This document shows positions 1-8,290 of a stretch of 64,000 nt of DNA, in pieces. The stretch is taken from the IMG/VR virus record IMGVR_UViG_3300025270_001776, one strand, 5' to 3'. The notes beneath the pieces were generated by a model, which saw only the letters and a program-made list of their open reading frames with translations, searched no databases and was not told where the DNA came from. The stretch's first letter is position 1, and each line of letters begins with the position of its first letter. The stretch comes from an uncultured virus (IMG/VR IMGVR_UViG_3300025270_001776) (Duplodnaviria > Heunggongvirae > Uroviricota > Caudoviricetes). Both the position numbers and the translations under genes were made by a program.

Positions 1-2
1 GT

Positions 3-332
3 GATGGTCGACTCCAGAATACTGTGACAGGTAATACTGAAACCGTAGGTGGTACGGGAACTATTGTTCCACTCTTTAATTCTCCCGGTAGCGGACAAAG
101 ATTCTTAGATAATACTATTGATTCTACCTTCAGGCCTAAATGGGTCCAGTATTACAACAATGGTTCACGTCCCTCCGGCGTTCCTGATTATGGTTCTGCC
201 ACCACGACAGGTACTTATGGGGGAAGTGGTATTGATGCTAGACACACATGGAGAGTAGGCATGTCGGCTACACCATTAAGCATTGGGTCTAAGACTCAAT
301 ACGGATTATACGTGTCTCTAGAATATCTATAA
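3..332 (+). CDS. Partial (5'-truncated) hypothetical protein, probably virion-associated
   Basis: Frame is open from base 3 to TAA at 330-332; Gly/Thr/Ser-rich; only plausible + strand gene; followed by a terminator. Confidence 0.55.
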   Translation, partial: DGRLQNTVTGNTETVGGTGTIVPLFNSPGSGQRFLDNTIDSTFRPKWVQYYNNGSRPSGVPDYGSATTTGTYGGSGIDARHTWRVGMSATPLSIGSKTQYGLYVSLEYL

Positions 333-360
333 TATCACCATTATAAATCGAGACACTATA

Positions 361-387
361 AGCCCCGCTTCGGCGGGGCTTTCTTTT
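361..387. terminator. Intrinsic terminator between convergent genes
   Basis: AGCCCCGC-TTCG-GCGGGGCT perfect 8-bp stem with UUCG tetraloop, followed by TTCTTTT on +. Confidence 0.9.
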
Positions 388-1297
388 ATTTCTTGAGGTC
401 ATTATATATATAACTAGCAACTGCAATATCTTCAATAGCTAATCCGGTAGAATCAAATAGTGATATATCAGAATCCAAACGATTAAAATCAGGACTGACT
501 ACTTCAGACAAGTTGATAAAGTTATCCTTATTTTTGGTATGTTGAGATTCTCCAGAATGAAATGCCTGAGCTTTATCGTCCACAACACATATATTACATA
601 CATCTCCCAAATTATTTTCAAACTCCTGTTTGCCTTCTGCATCTGCTCCAATAGCATTAATGTGCATACCGGGTTTAAGCCATTCTAACTTAATAAAAGG
701 TTTTCTTGAGGGGGTTAGGGTGGTTAATATATCGCTGCCACACACGCACTCTTCTAGCGTTTCACATACAATAGTATTACCGCCAAAAATTGCTACTAAA
801 TGATCACATTTAGCCTGATCTAAGTCAAACAATTTGATATGCTTTATATCTCTTACGTTTAAAATAGCTTCGATTTGGTATTCTGTTTGGAATCCACATC
901 CTACAAAAGCTGCAACTGTAGAATCCTTTTTAGAAAGATATTTTGTGGCAACGCCGGTAACGGCTGCTGTTCTATAAGAAGTGATTAGCATACCATCCAT
1001 CATAGCTATGGGATATCCTGTATCAATATCGTTTAACATAATTACTGCTGATACGCTGGGACCAAATTTATTTTTTTCATTATTGGGAAAAATAGAAGCC
1101 CATTTAATACCTACTGCGTTACCAAATCTAGCTGGCATTGCCCTAAAGTCATTTTCTCCATCCAGCTCCAAATAAATTTTAGGGGGCATTTGTCCTTTGT
1201 CTGGATTTTGAAAAACATCTTCCATTATTTTGATGATAGGTTTCATAACAAGATAGGGAAGAATGTCTTTTTCTTTTATTTGTTTGATGTTATTCAT
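386..1297 (-). CDS. Ornithine cyclodeaminase / mu-crystallin family protein
   Basis: AMPA..GIKW, ITSYRTAA, VGCGFQ Rossmann motif, HINAIGAD, LFDSTGLAIEDIA. Confidence 0.9.
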   Translation of the reverse strand: MNNIKQIKEKDILPYLVMKPIIKIMEDVFQNPDKGQMPPKIYLELDGENDFRAMPARFGNAVGIKWASIFPNNEKNKFGPSVSAVIMLNDIDTGYPIAMMDGMLITSYRTAAVTGVATKYLSKKDSTVAAFVGCGFQTEYQIEAILNVRDIKHIKLFDLDQAKCDHLVAIFGGNTIVCETLEECVCGSDILTTLTPSRKPFIKLEWLKPGMHINAIGADAEGKQEFENNLGDVCNICVVDDKAQAFHSGESQHTKNKDNFINLSEVVSPDFNRLDSDISLFDSTGLAIEDIAVASYIYNDLKK

Positions 1298-2381
1298 GGA
1301 TTTCTAGCTCATTAAGAAGTGTATTGAATAGAGAAACTGGAACATCCTGATATCCTAATGGCCTATTAAGGCTGTTTATATTAGGATTATCCTCTAGACA
1401 AGCAAATATGGCAGCGACTAACCCTCCAGATGTGGCACGCTGCATGGCAGAATAACCGTCTTTAACTCGTACAAGGTTGGTTTTTCTGTATTTATCGTTG
1501 GTACTAGTGGCTTCTACGTCTACAATAACTACATCATCAAACTTTCGGTGGTCATCACGAAATAACGCTCCTAGCTGGGTGGCATTGAATTTTCTTTGTT
1601 CCAAAAAATAAGAGACGAAATCTCTATGTCCTTGGTATCTTAACGTTTTATAGGAACAGTTATATACGCCACGATCTTTCATGAGGTTTAATGTGTGTGA
1701 TATTCCCCCACTTGTAGTGAAGGCCTCTAAGTATTCTATAGTAAATGATTCTAATTTGGAAGATTGTATTCTTACATATTCTGTTTCTTTGAGAGGGGGA
1801 ATTTTTTTGAATTCTCCATCTATCAAAATCTCACAATCGTCTACATACTCATTGTATAAGCCCTGAACTGACCAAGTTGGCCTATAGTTAAATGGATCTA
1901 CGGCTTCTGGTACCTTCCTCGCTGGAATTCCACCACACCTAATTTTAACTTCAATAGGAGTTTCTAACATTTCATGATAAGCTTCTTCTGCCATAATATT
2001 AGCCCATCCGGGTGCCAAACCTAAATCAGTAAAAACGGTAGCGTTATTTTCTTCAGCCATTTGGTTAATTTTATTGCTAGTAGGTACTGATCCACCAAGG
2101 TCACAGTATAAAATTTTACTTTTAATAGCAGCCTTAGCCACAGGTAAACTAACATTATATGGCAATGAAGAAATTATGAGGTCAAAAGTTTCATCATTTT
2201 TAAAGTCTGGATCATTGTGGTTACCTATAGAGATGGCCCTAAATTTTATATGTCTATCTGTTTCTAGAGTGGGGGAGGGATTTTCTATATCAAAAGTAGT
2301 GATGAAATGATCACCAAGTTTTTTAATCATATGGGCTATAGCGTGTCCCATTTGTCCAGTACCAAATAATGCTATATTCAT
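1290..2381 (-). CDS. Saccharopine dehydrogenase family oxidoreductase (lysine 6-dehydrogenase-like)
   Basis: GTGQMG NAD(P) motif, SSLPY, YCDLGG, GLAPG, CGGIP, TWSVQGLYNEY, YKTLRYQGH. Confidence 0.85.
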   Translation of the reverse strand: MNIALFGTGQMGHAIAHMIKKLGDHFITTFDIENPSPTLETDRHIKFRAISIGNHNDPDFKNDETFDLIISSLPYNVSLPVAKAAIKSKILYCDLGGSVPTSNKINQMAEENNATVFTDLGLAPGWANIMAEEAYHEMLETPIEVKIRCGGIPARKVPEAVDPFNYRPTWSVQGLYNEYVDDCEILIDGEFKKIPPLKETEYVRIQSSKLESFTIEYLEAFTTSGGISHTLNLMKDRGVYNCSYKTLRYQGHRDFVSYFLEQRKFNATQLGALFRDDHRKFDDVVIVDVEATSTNDKYRKTNLVRVKDGYSAMQRATSGGLVAAIFACLEDNPNINSLNRPLGYQDVPVSLFNTLLNELEIHE

Positions 2382-2382
2382 T

Positions 2383-3447
2383 CTAGTATCCTCTTACTGC
2401 ATTTTGACAAACCAATCCCCGTTCTTTAGTCCAATTTTGGGCTTCCTTGATAAGGCCATCACTCCAAAGCTTTAGAGCGCCGCTCTGCATTGCCCTCCCA
2501 AAGGAGAATGAAAGTCGCCAAGGCTTTTTTTCTTCATCGGTTGATAAACTATCTAATCTATTGATATGACTTAAATTTTCAATTGCTTCATCGTCTGATT
2601 GTCCCCCGCTTAAAAATGCGATAGCTGGTAGGGCACAGGGTACCTCATTTCTCAAACATTTAACCGTCATCTTAGCTACAGTTTCCGCATCTGCCCTATC
2701 TTTACTTTGATATCCTGATACAATCATATTTGGTTTTAGTATCGTATGCTCCAGTTCTACATCTTCATAATGTAGGGCGTCAAATAATATATGTAAAACC
2801 TGTCTTGTTATTCTATATGAATCTTCTATAGAATGTATTCCATTCATTAAAACTTCTGGTTCTACAATAGGTATAATACCGTGCGATTGACATTTTTTAG
2901 CATAACGAGCTAACGTCCAACAGTTTGCTAAAAGCCCTTGGGGGCTATTGTTCTGTAGGAGTACAGCTCTCCACTTAGCAAATTGTGCTCCCAATTCTTT
3001 ATACTCTACTAACCTTTGATCTAAGCCGTCAAGACCTTCTGTCAGGGTTTCATTAGAATCTACAAAATATGGTTTGGCACCTTTATCTACTTTAATTCCT
3101 AGCACTATATCGTTTTCAATAAGTGGTGCTATTGTTTCTTCATTTCTGAGGGTTTCATCAAAAAGGATAACACCACCCACTGACTTCTTAAGGTCCGGTG
3201 TAGAAAAAATAGTATGACGATATGAATGTCTAGTTTCAGGTGTAGATTCTTGACCCACAGACCCAAGTCTATTGGCTATTGTTCCGTCACTTTCATCAGC
3301 GGCCAAGATACCCCGAAAATTTTTGAAAATCTTTTTGATAGTCTGATGCACTAGACGTGTCTCCTCCTTTAAAAGTTCTTCGCGAAACTCTGGATCACGA
3401 TTGATACGGTTTTGCACGGTCTCTTTAAAATCCCTAGTTAATCCCAT
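2383..3447 (-). CDS. Class I fructose-bisphosphate aldolase with a ~30 aa foreign N-terminal extension (alternative GTG start at 3351)
   Basis: GILAADES, GIKVDKG, FAKWRAV, PIVEPEVL, Schiff-base ILKPNM, FLSGGQS, SFSFGRA. Confidence 0.92.
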   Translation of the reverse strand: MGLTRDFKETVQNRINRDPEFREELLKEETRLVHQTIKKIFKNFRGILAADESDGTIANRLGSVGQESTPETRHSYRHTIFSTPDLKKSVGGVILFDETLRNEETIAPLIENDIVLGIKVDKGAKPYFVDSNETLTEGLDGLDQRLVEYKELGAQFAKWRAVLLQNNSPQGLLANCWTLARYAKKCQSHGIIPIVEPEVLMNGIHSIEDSYRITRQVLHILFDALHYEDVELEHTILKPNMIVSGYQSKDRADAETVAKMTVKCLRNEVPCALPAIAFLSGGQSDDEAIENLSHINRLDSLSTDEEKKPWRLSFSFGRAMQSGALKLWSDGLIKEAQNWTKERGLVCQNAVRGY

Positions 3448-3448
3448 C

Positions 3449-3874
3449 TTATCTTTCTTTTTTCGTTTTTTCTGAAATTAAAAATGACTCTAAGTCACTT
3501 CTGGTGGTAGTAGAAAGCATTATATTTATTTCTGGTATAGCAAACAAGATCCAATGCCACATAAGACCACCTATAAGATAAGCAGGATTAATTTCTGGGA
3601 CAGCCTCAAGTATCATATAACTATAAGCCATACACAACATTATTCTAATAGGCATAAGTCCTAGTGTAGCGGGTACTAAAAGCGCATTGTTGTTATGAAA
3701 TCTCCAAAAGGGAATCATCCAACTCAATGTAAAAATTAACATTGGAGGAATGGATGCTAGTAAGGTTTTTCCTAATATAGGTTTAATCATATACAAAGGT
3801 AACACAACGATCAAAAACGAACACGCTATTAAACTTACGAGCAAAATTAGATTATGTTTTAAAACTGTATTCAT
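3449..3874 (-). CDS. Hypothetical integral membrane protein (~4 TM)
   Basis: Four hydrophobic segments; tightly packed within the cluster. Confidence 0.6.
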   Translation of the reverse strand: MNTVLKHNLILLVSLIACSFLIVVLPLYMIKPILGKTLLASIPPMLIFTLSWMIPFWRFHNNNALLVPATLGLMPIRIMLCMAYSYMILEAVPEINPAYLIGGLMWHWILFAIPEINIMLSTTTRSDLESFLISEKTKKER

Positions 3875-3877
3875 ACA

Positions 3878-5095
3878 TCAACTTTCCTTTTGTAATTCAT
3901 AAATAGCATCATCAATAAAACTACAAGCGATATCTGCGTCCTCCTTAGAAAATGTTAAAGCAGGCCTTAGTCTAATAGACTTTGTTCCACATGTTAATAC
4001 TAACATTTTTTTTTGTAACACATCTTTCAATCTATCTCTTTTGGGTGTAGTATCTAAATCAAAGGCTATCATCAACCCTTGGCCACGAACATTTTTTAGT
4101 TCTTTTCTATCGGATAAAGCATTCATAAAATGGGTGCCTACTTGAGCCGCATTTACTACTAGATTTTCTTTTTTTATAGTATCTATAATATATTGGAACC
4201 TTACCATATCTACTATATTGCCGCCCCACGTAGAATTAATTCTTCCACTAGTAGAGAAGACATTTTCTTTTACCTCGTCTATTCTTTCGGTAGCACAAAA
4301 CCCACAGACTTGTGTTTTCTTTCCGAAGCACATCATGTCAGGGATTACACCAAAGTGTTCATATGCCCACATTCTACCAGTAGCTCCTAATCCTGTTTGA
4401 ACTTCATCAAATATGAGCATGGATTCATATGTATCTGCTAAGCTTCTTAGCTCATGAAAAACTTGAGGGTTAAAATGTCTATCTCCTCCTTCCCCCTGAA
4501 TGGGTTCTACAACAATAGCTGCAACATCATGATGCATATATTGATCAAGCTTATCAATATCGTAAATAGTTGACCAATTAAACTGCGGGAAAAATTTTGT
4601 TTTATTTAATTCAGTATTAGTTAGAGATAATGTATATCCAGTACGTCCATGAAACGCTTTATACAGATGGACCACATCCATCCCATTGACTGATTCTTGA
4701 TTGTATATACCTAATTTTTGGGCCTTCCAATCAAATGCTGCCTTCAGAGCATTTTCTACTCCTAAGGCGCCCCCATCAATAAAAAAATAATGACTAAAAT
4801 CTGGAGTTATTTCTGCAAATTTTTCTACAAAATTCACGTAGTCCCTAGAATACATATCACTATTGGCTAGTTTATGGAGGGCCGCTTTTCCTAAGTGGAA
4901 TTGGGCACTAACAAGTGACGGATGATTCCAGCCTAGAGGTTGACTAGCAAACTGAGAATAACAGTCTAAAAAATGTTGACCTGTTTCTGCATCTATAATC
5001 CAAGAGCCATGGCTTTCCTCAGGGTCTACAACAACATGAAAACCATCAGTAAGTATATGCTTAGACAATCTACTCATAATGTCAGGGTTAGGCAT
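3878..5095 (-). CDS. lat: L-lysine 6-aminotransferase-like class III PLP aminotransferase
   Basis: FFIDGGALGVENALKAAFDWK, AFHGRTGYTLSLT, EPIQGEGGD, DEVQTG, FGKKTQVCG, RINSTWGGN. Confidence 0.88.
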   Translation of the reverse strand: MPNPDIMSRLSKHILTDGFHVVVDPEESHGSWIIDAETGQHFLDCYSQFASQPLGWNHPSLVSAQFHLGKAALHKLANSDMYSRDYVNFVEKFAEITPDFSHYFFIDGGALGVENALKAAFDWKAQKLGIYNQESVNGMDVVHLYKAFHGRTGYTLSLTNTELNKTKFFPQFNWSTIYDIDKLDQYMHHDVAAIVVEPIQGEGGDRHFNPQVFHELRSLADTYESMLIFDEVQTGLGATGRMWAYEHFGVIPDMMCFGKKTQVCGFCATERIDEVKENVFSTSGRINSTWGGNIVDMVRFQYIIDTIKKENLVVNAAQVGTHFMNALSDRKELKNVRGQGLMIAFDLDTTPKRDRLKDVLQKKMLVLTCGTKSIRLRPALTFSKEDADIACSFIDDAIYELQKES

Positions 5096-5868
5096 TTTAC
5101 AGCTCCTCCAGATTTCATGAATTCTGACATATTGCAGGTAATCGCATTACTAAACAGATTACCACAATTATTTGCAGGGGTAACGACTTGACTTTTAACA
5201 GAAACGCTATTGCATATAAAATTATATGCTTCCTCTTCCGACACACTGCTAATTTTGACACTAAGATTTTCTTGAGCAATATATTGTACCAATTTAGTCA
5301 TGCCACCTACCAACGATTCAGGAGTAAAGGCCTTTTCATAAAAACAAATATGATTATCAGAAACAAATAAACAGGTATCTAGATGGTAGAAGTTTGGATT
5401 TTTTAATTCTAAAGAGATATAATCTACGTCAAAAATATCTGCTACCATTGAGTGTGATTCTTTATCAGTTCTAAATCCATGTCCCATAAATAGCAAGTCT
5501 CTAAAGAAGAGGGCGTCTCCAGCTCCTTCAAAATGAATATCATCGGGAAGCAATATAGTTTCATAACCGTGTTGAAGAAACCATTTTTCAAATAGGTCTT
5601 TTTCACCGCGCCTTTCCTTGTGTTTAAAATTTGACAGAATCACTTGCTTGTCTTTTACAAGACCAGCATTAGCTGTAAAAACCATATCAGGAAAATCTGC
5701 ATGAGGACGTATATGTTCTATTTTTGCTCCAGCGGAGCTTAATGCATCAATCATAGTCCGCCATTGAGACATCGCCAGACTTTCATTTGGATTATTATGA
5801 ATATCCATCCACGGATTAATTTCGTAGCGGACATCAAAATATTCTGGGGAGCACAATAAAACTTTCAT
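5074..5868 (-). CDS. Amidinotransferase-superfamily enzyme, arginine dihydrolase (ArgZ N-domain)-like
   Basis: YEINPWM, PDMVFTANAG, FEGAGD, YHLDT, C-terminal GGAVKCLT catalytic Cys. Confidence 0.85.
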   Translation of the reverse strand: MKVLLCSPEYFDVRYEINPWMDIHNNPNESLAMSQWRTMIDALSSAGAKIEHIRPHADFPDMVFTANAGLVKDKQVILSNFKHKERRGEKDLFEKWFLQHGYETILLPDDIHFEGAGDALFFRDLLFMGHGFRTDKESHSMVADIFDVDYISLELKNPNFYHLDTCLFVSDNHICFYEKAFTPESLVGGMTKLVQYIAQENLSVKISSVSEEEAYNFICNSVSVKSQVVTPANNCGNLFSNAITCNMSEFMKSGGAVKCLTLTL

Positions 5869-7361
5869 TTCATCCCCTGTGGAAATGCTAGGGTTTCGTC
5901 ATGGTTTACTGTCCACGATACCTCGTGTGTTACAGCCCTGAAAGTCCGAGCAGCCGAAGGATATCCATTGCCAGACTTTTTCACGCCGCCAAACGCAAGA
6001 TGAGACTCAGCAGCAATAGAGCCGCCGTTCCAATAACACATTCCATACTCACAATAATCACGACATCGTCTAGCCTTTTTAAAGTCTTCTGTGACCACTC
6101 CAACAGCCAACCCATAATCTGTGTCATTATAAATACGAATAGCATCATCAACATTATCAAAAGGAATAATTGCAACGTGTGGTCCAAATACTTCATTTTT
6201 AAGATAAGGCGCGTCACGCCATTCAGTTTGGTAAGCTAGTGGGCTAACAAAATGTCCGGGCGGCGTATACTTAGGCTCTATCAGAACCGTAGCTTCTGAA
6301 TCTTGCATGACCATATCATTAAAACCTAATACTCTATCAAGTTGTTGTTGATTAATAAGAGGACCCATATAGGCATTTTCATTGGGCTGTGACTGAGTTA
6401 GCAAAGAGTCGTCTGTAAAAGGAGGTCCTGTCTTTATTTGTTTTGCATAATGGACAAAGGATTCACAAAACTTATCATAGATTCCCCGCTGTACAATGAT
6501 TCTTCCAGAAGATACGCATCTTTGCCCTGATAGTTTAAAAGCACTAGCAATAGAGGAAGAAACAGCTAGGTCAAAATTAGCATCATCAAACACTATAACA
6601 GCAGACTTACTACCCATTTCACAGGAACAAGTTTTGTGCCAGCTATGAGCGCAAACATATCTAATATGTTGACCTACTTCAGCGCTGCCTGTAAAGCAAA
6701 TATGGTCTACGTTCTGACGGGCGAGATAATCACCTACCTTACCGTCTCCATGAAGTAGATTAATTACTCCCGGAGGAACTCCAGCATCATGATACAGCTC
6801 CATAGCTAGTTGTGACGTGTAAGGAGCGTCTTCACTTGGTTTGAGAATGACAGTATTACCCTCAACAATAGCAGGGGCAGCACACCAAAAAGCACCAATG
6901 GCCAGAGGAAAATTCCAAGGACTAATAATAGCGACCACCCCTTTAGGTTTTCGCAGCATATAGGAGTCTTTTTCAGAAATTTCGGACGCAACGGATTCTC
7001 CCTGTGGGGTGCGCCCAGAGCCAAAAGCATATTGAGCCATGTGTAGTGCTTCATTTACTTCGGCAATAGACTCGTTATAATTTTTCCCAGTTTCATGGGA
7101 TATTGCACGGGCTAATACTTCTCGACGCTCTTCAATCAACTTAGCAACTTCATACAAATATTCTGCACGTTGCACCCTACTTACATCGCGCCAACTATGA
7201 AAAGCTTTTCTGGCATGGGCATACGTCTCTTCTATCTCTGCTTCGGTAGAGTTAAAAAAAACACCCAAAGACTGTTCGGTACAAGGATCTAGATTATCGA
7301 AGAATGAATCCGAAGCACTACCAACAAATTGACCATTAATATAGTTTTGAGCGTCCCACAT
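5865..7361 (-). CDS. Aldehyde dehydrogenase (semialdehyde dehydrogenase-like)
   Basis: ISPWNFP, KPSE, FTGSAEVG, EMGSK, GQRCVS catalytic Cys, EVFGP, FGGVKKSGNG. Confidence 0.95.
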   Translation of the reverse strand: MWDAQNYINGQFVGSASDSFFDNLDPCTEQSLGVFFNSTEAEIEETYAHARKAFHSWRDVSRVQRAEYLYEVAKLIEERREVLARAISHETGKNYNESIAEVNEALHMAQYAFGSGRTPQGESVASEISEKDSYMLRKPKGVVAIISPWNFPLAIGAFWCAAPAIVEGNTVILKPSEDAPYTSQLAMELYHDAGVPPGVINLLHGDGKVGDYLARQNVDHICFTGSAEVGQHIRYVCAHSWHKTCSCEMGSKSAVIVFDDANFDLAVSSSIASAFKLSGQRCVSSGRIIVQRGIYDKFCESFVHYAKQIKTGPPFTDDSLLTQSQPNENAYMGPLINQQQLDRVLGFNDMVMQDSEATVLIEPKYTPPGHFVSPLAYQTEWRDAPYLKNEVFGPHVAIIPFDNVDDAIRIYNDTDYGLAVGVVTEDFKKARRCRDYCEYGMCYWNGGSIAAESHLAFGGVKKSGNGYPSAARTFRAVTHEVSWTVNHDETLAFPQGMK

Positions 7362-7362
7362 A

Positions 7363-7851
7363 TTATAATCCTTTAGTACTGTTCATTAGGTTTTTAACAT
7401 TATTTTGACAAAATCCCTTATCTCCTCTCTCTATAAGCTCTATAATAATACCCCCTAAATGATCTAAAGGTTTAGTAAATATTTGTCTCATATTATCATC
7501 GGGGCAATCAATGACATTTTCTGTGAGAAACTCTACTCCCTTTTCCTTCCACTCCTTCACTTTATCTTCTATATGAAGAACTTGATAGGCCATATGATGA
7601 ATGCCCCCTGTTCCTCCTCGCTCTTGTACCCATTTGTCTACAATAGAATCAGTTGTTCCATTGGATACAAAAATTTCAGGAGAAATATGACGTGCGCCAG
7701 CAGCTGGCTCTAGGACTAGGCATTCGGCCGTAGACTCATCATCAAATTTAATTTCAAACTCTGTGACTGTTCTATAGTTCAGAGTTGCCTTCAGAAATTC
7801 TGCGGCCTTATGTCTGTCCGTAACTCTATATGCTATGTGATCTAATCTCAT
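7363..7851 (-). CDS. VOC-fold protein resembling the C-terminal catalytic domain of HPPD-type dioxygenases
   Basis: DHIAYRV, GGIHHMAYQV, QIFTKP...IELIER..GF..NVKNLM. Confidence 0.75.
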   Translation of the reverse strand: MRLDHIAYRVTDRHKAAEFLKATLNYRTVTEFEIKFDDESTAECLVLEPAAGARHISPEIFVSNGTTDSIVDKWVQERGGTGGIHHMAYQVLHIEDKVKEWKEKGVEFLTENVIDCPDDNMRQIFTKPLDHLGGIIIELIERGDKGFCQNNVKNLMNSTKGL

Positions 7852-7862
7852 TAAATGCTTTC

Positions 7863-7950
7863 AAAAAAAAACGGGTTTTATCGAGTTTGATCAGTACAGA
7901 ATGGGGGACCCGAAACCATCTGCAAACTAAAGCCGCTGACCAAACCGGCT
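7863..7950 (-). ncRNA. Structured RNA motif, copy 1 (unknown class; cis-regulatory, attenuator or ribozyme candidate)
   Basis: 79-nt core is 64/79 identical (ungapped) to 49581-49659; compensatory changes; G-U pairs favour the minus strand; ends in a U9 tract. Confidence 0.7.
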
Positions 7951-8290
7951 ATTCCAAAGTCTTTTTCTCCTGATTCCATTTCATCCATCCATTATCGGGG
8001 AGCCAGTTTCCATCTATATCTTTACGTTTGGGAAATAGTCCACCGCCCTTTTTGTTTACCCCAAAGGCCAACTTAGCATGACACTTCTTGCACTTCAGCT
8101 CAAAGTACTCATTACCTTCATTTTCCCTTACAATATATCTTAGGTTATCCGACCCACATTTGCCACATGTATTTTCAGAAAAAACCTCCTGAAATACAGA
8201 TAAATCCTTGAAAACATCCTTAACGGTTTCAGCTTCAAATTCAACCGATACGTTACCCGTGCTACATTTTACTCTCATAATCATCTCCAA
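7949..8290 (-). CDS. Hypothetical zinc-ribbon protein
   Basis: CGKC...CKKC. Confidence 0.7.
   Translation of the reverse strand: MEMIMRVKCSTGNVSVEFEAETVKDVFKDLSVFQEVFSENTCGKCGSDNLRYIVRENEGNEYFELKCKKCHAKLAFGVNKKGGGLFPKRKDIDGNWLPDNGWMKWNQEKKTLE

Noticed and set aside
7872..7950. Hammerhead, pistol or guanidine-I identity for the repeated RNA (CUGAUCA, CGAAAC and CGGG..AAAACCCG submotifs)
   Set aside because: CUGAUCA is not CUGANGA and is base-paired; there is no room for hammerhead stems between GAAAC and CUGA on +; the order of elements does not fit pistol or ykkC consensus as I recall them
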